A DNA stretch of 64,000 nt from Podarcis bocagei (Eukaryota), in NCBI GenBank assembly GCA_964188305.1, contig OZ076886.1; one strand, written 5' to 3'. The position numbers and the translations under genes are program-made. The notes beneath the pieces are model-generated. The model was not told where the DNA came from. It saw nothing but the letters and a program-made list of their open reading frames with translations, and ran no database searches. Shown here in pieces: positions 63,173 to 64,000 of this stretch (position 1 is the first letter of the stretch; each line of letters opens with the position of its first letter).

Positions 63173-64000
63173 TGTCAGGGAACTGCCATCAGAGCATCAG
63201 GTGGTGGAGGGACTCAGGCAGGATGAAAGAGACTCAACTGCTGAAGCAGGGACCAGCAGGGGGAGGAGTGATTCTCTGAGGGAATGTGAGCAGGAGGGAG
63301 GGCTCAGGGACGCTTCCAGCGAAAACAGTGGGGAGGTATCTGAGTCTCACATAGGGAGACCCATACCTCGCAGGAAACTGTCACGCCGTGAGTCCAGGAG
63401 ACGCGTTTCCGTTAAGGAACTTCTTTGCTGGAAACGCTTCCGCAGGCAGCCACTGTCGGACTCTACTAGTGACTAGAGCAGACATGTCTGAGGAGCTCCG
63501 TCACACACGGAGGTTTGTGGGGGCGCACAAACTCTGAGGGAGCACGTTTTCACGCACAAGCAGCTAATCAAACCCTCACAGCAGTCCGACAGTCTTTGTA
63601 CGCTGCCTGTGCAAGAGAAGGCATCATGAGCGAACCAACCGGAACCGGAGGAGCAGGGGCTGGAGCTGGTCCAAGCTTGGAAGATAGATACCGAGCGTTG
63701 GAGGTTCAACTGGCCCTGCAGACGGCGAGGCTGGAGGAGAGAAGGGCTCAGGATGCAGACAAGAAGGGGAGAGCCACTCAATTCCCCAGAAAGGTACCAG
63801 GATTGGTGCAGAAATTTGGGGGGGACCCCAAGGACTACCATGCTTTTAGGACAGAGATGCAATATGCCCTTAATGTGCAGTTCGATGAGTTCCCTGATGA
63901 GGAATCGCGAGTTGCTTTTGTAATTGGGCATCTTGAGAAAGGGGCTAGAGACTGGGTTCGACCCCTAATGGCAACGCACAATGACATACTAAAGGACACA
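63173..64000 (+). mobile_element. Gypsy (sushi/chromovirus-like) LTR retrotransposon: 5' LTR 63173-63580 plus gag start
   Basis: tgtcaggg...ccctcaca LTR followed by an open gag ORF. Confidence 0.85.
63626..64000 (+). CDS. Retrotransposon Gag N-terminus (sushi/PEG10-RTL-like), open to the window end
   Basis: MSEPTG...KFGGDPKDYHAFRTEMQYAL...FPDEESRVAFVIGHLEKGARDWVRPL, 125 codons without a stop. Confidence 0.85.
   Translation, partial: MSEPTGTGGAGAGAGPSLEDRYRALEVQLALQTARLEERRAQDADKKGRATQFPRKVPGLVQKFGGDPKDYHAFRTEMQYALNVQFDEFPDEESRVAFVIGHLEKGARDWVRPLMATHNDILKDT

Noticed and set aside
443-63931. Most short ORFs in the supplied track
   Set aside because: Random intronic or repeat-derived frames without recognisable domains

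Overview
Vertebrate genomic DNA, most likely from a lacertid-type lizard given its Sauria/Squam1, Squam3, tRNA-CR1 SINE, BovB, L2 and Penelope content. The whole window lies inside the CADPS (CAPS1) gene on the minus strand. Eight constitutive coding exons, from the post-PH region into the MUN/MHD1 region, splice in frame with consistent phases; one uses a GC-AG intron. Between them are a 9-nt microexon (GKE), an 18-nt microexon (ENQKDA), a 144-nt Lys-rich cassette and several further phase-matched candidate cassette or poison exons. The introns carry many transposons. These include a Penelope element with an intact-looking minimal hammerhead ribozyme on the CADPS sense strand, a young Gypsy/sushi-like LTR element with a Tf1-type self-priming signature, a DIRS/Ngaro relic, and hAT and Tc/mariner MITEs with TSDs. 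There are four N gaps. Exon and family assignments were made by eye against remembered sequences; no database searches were run.
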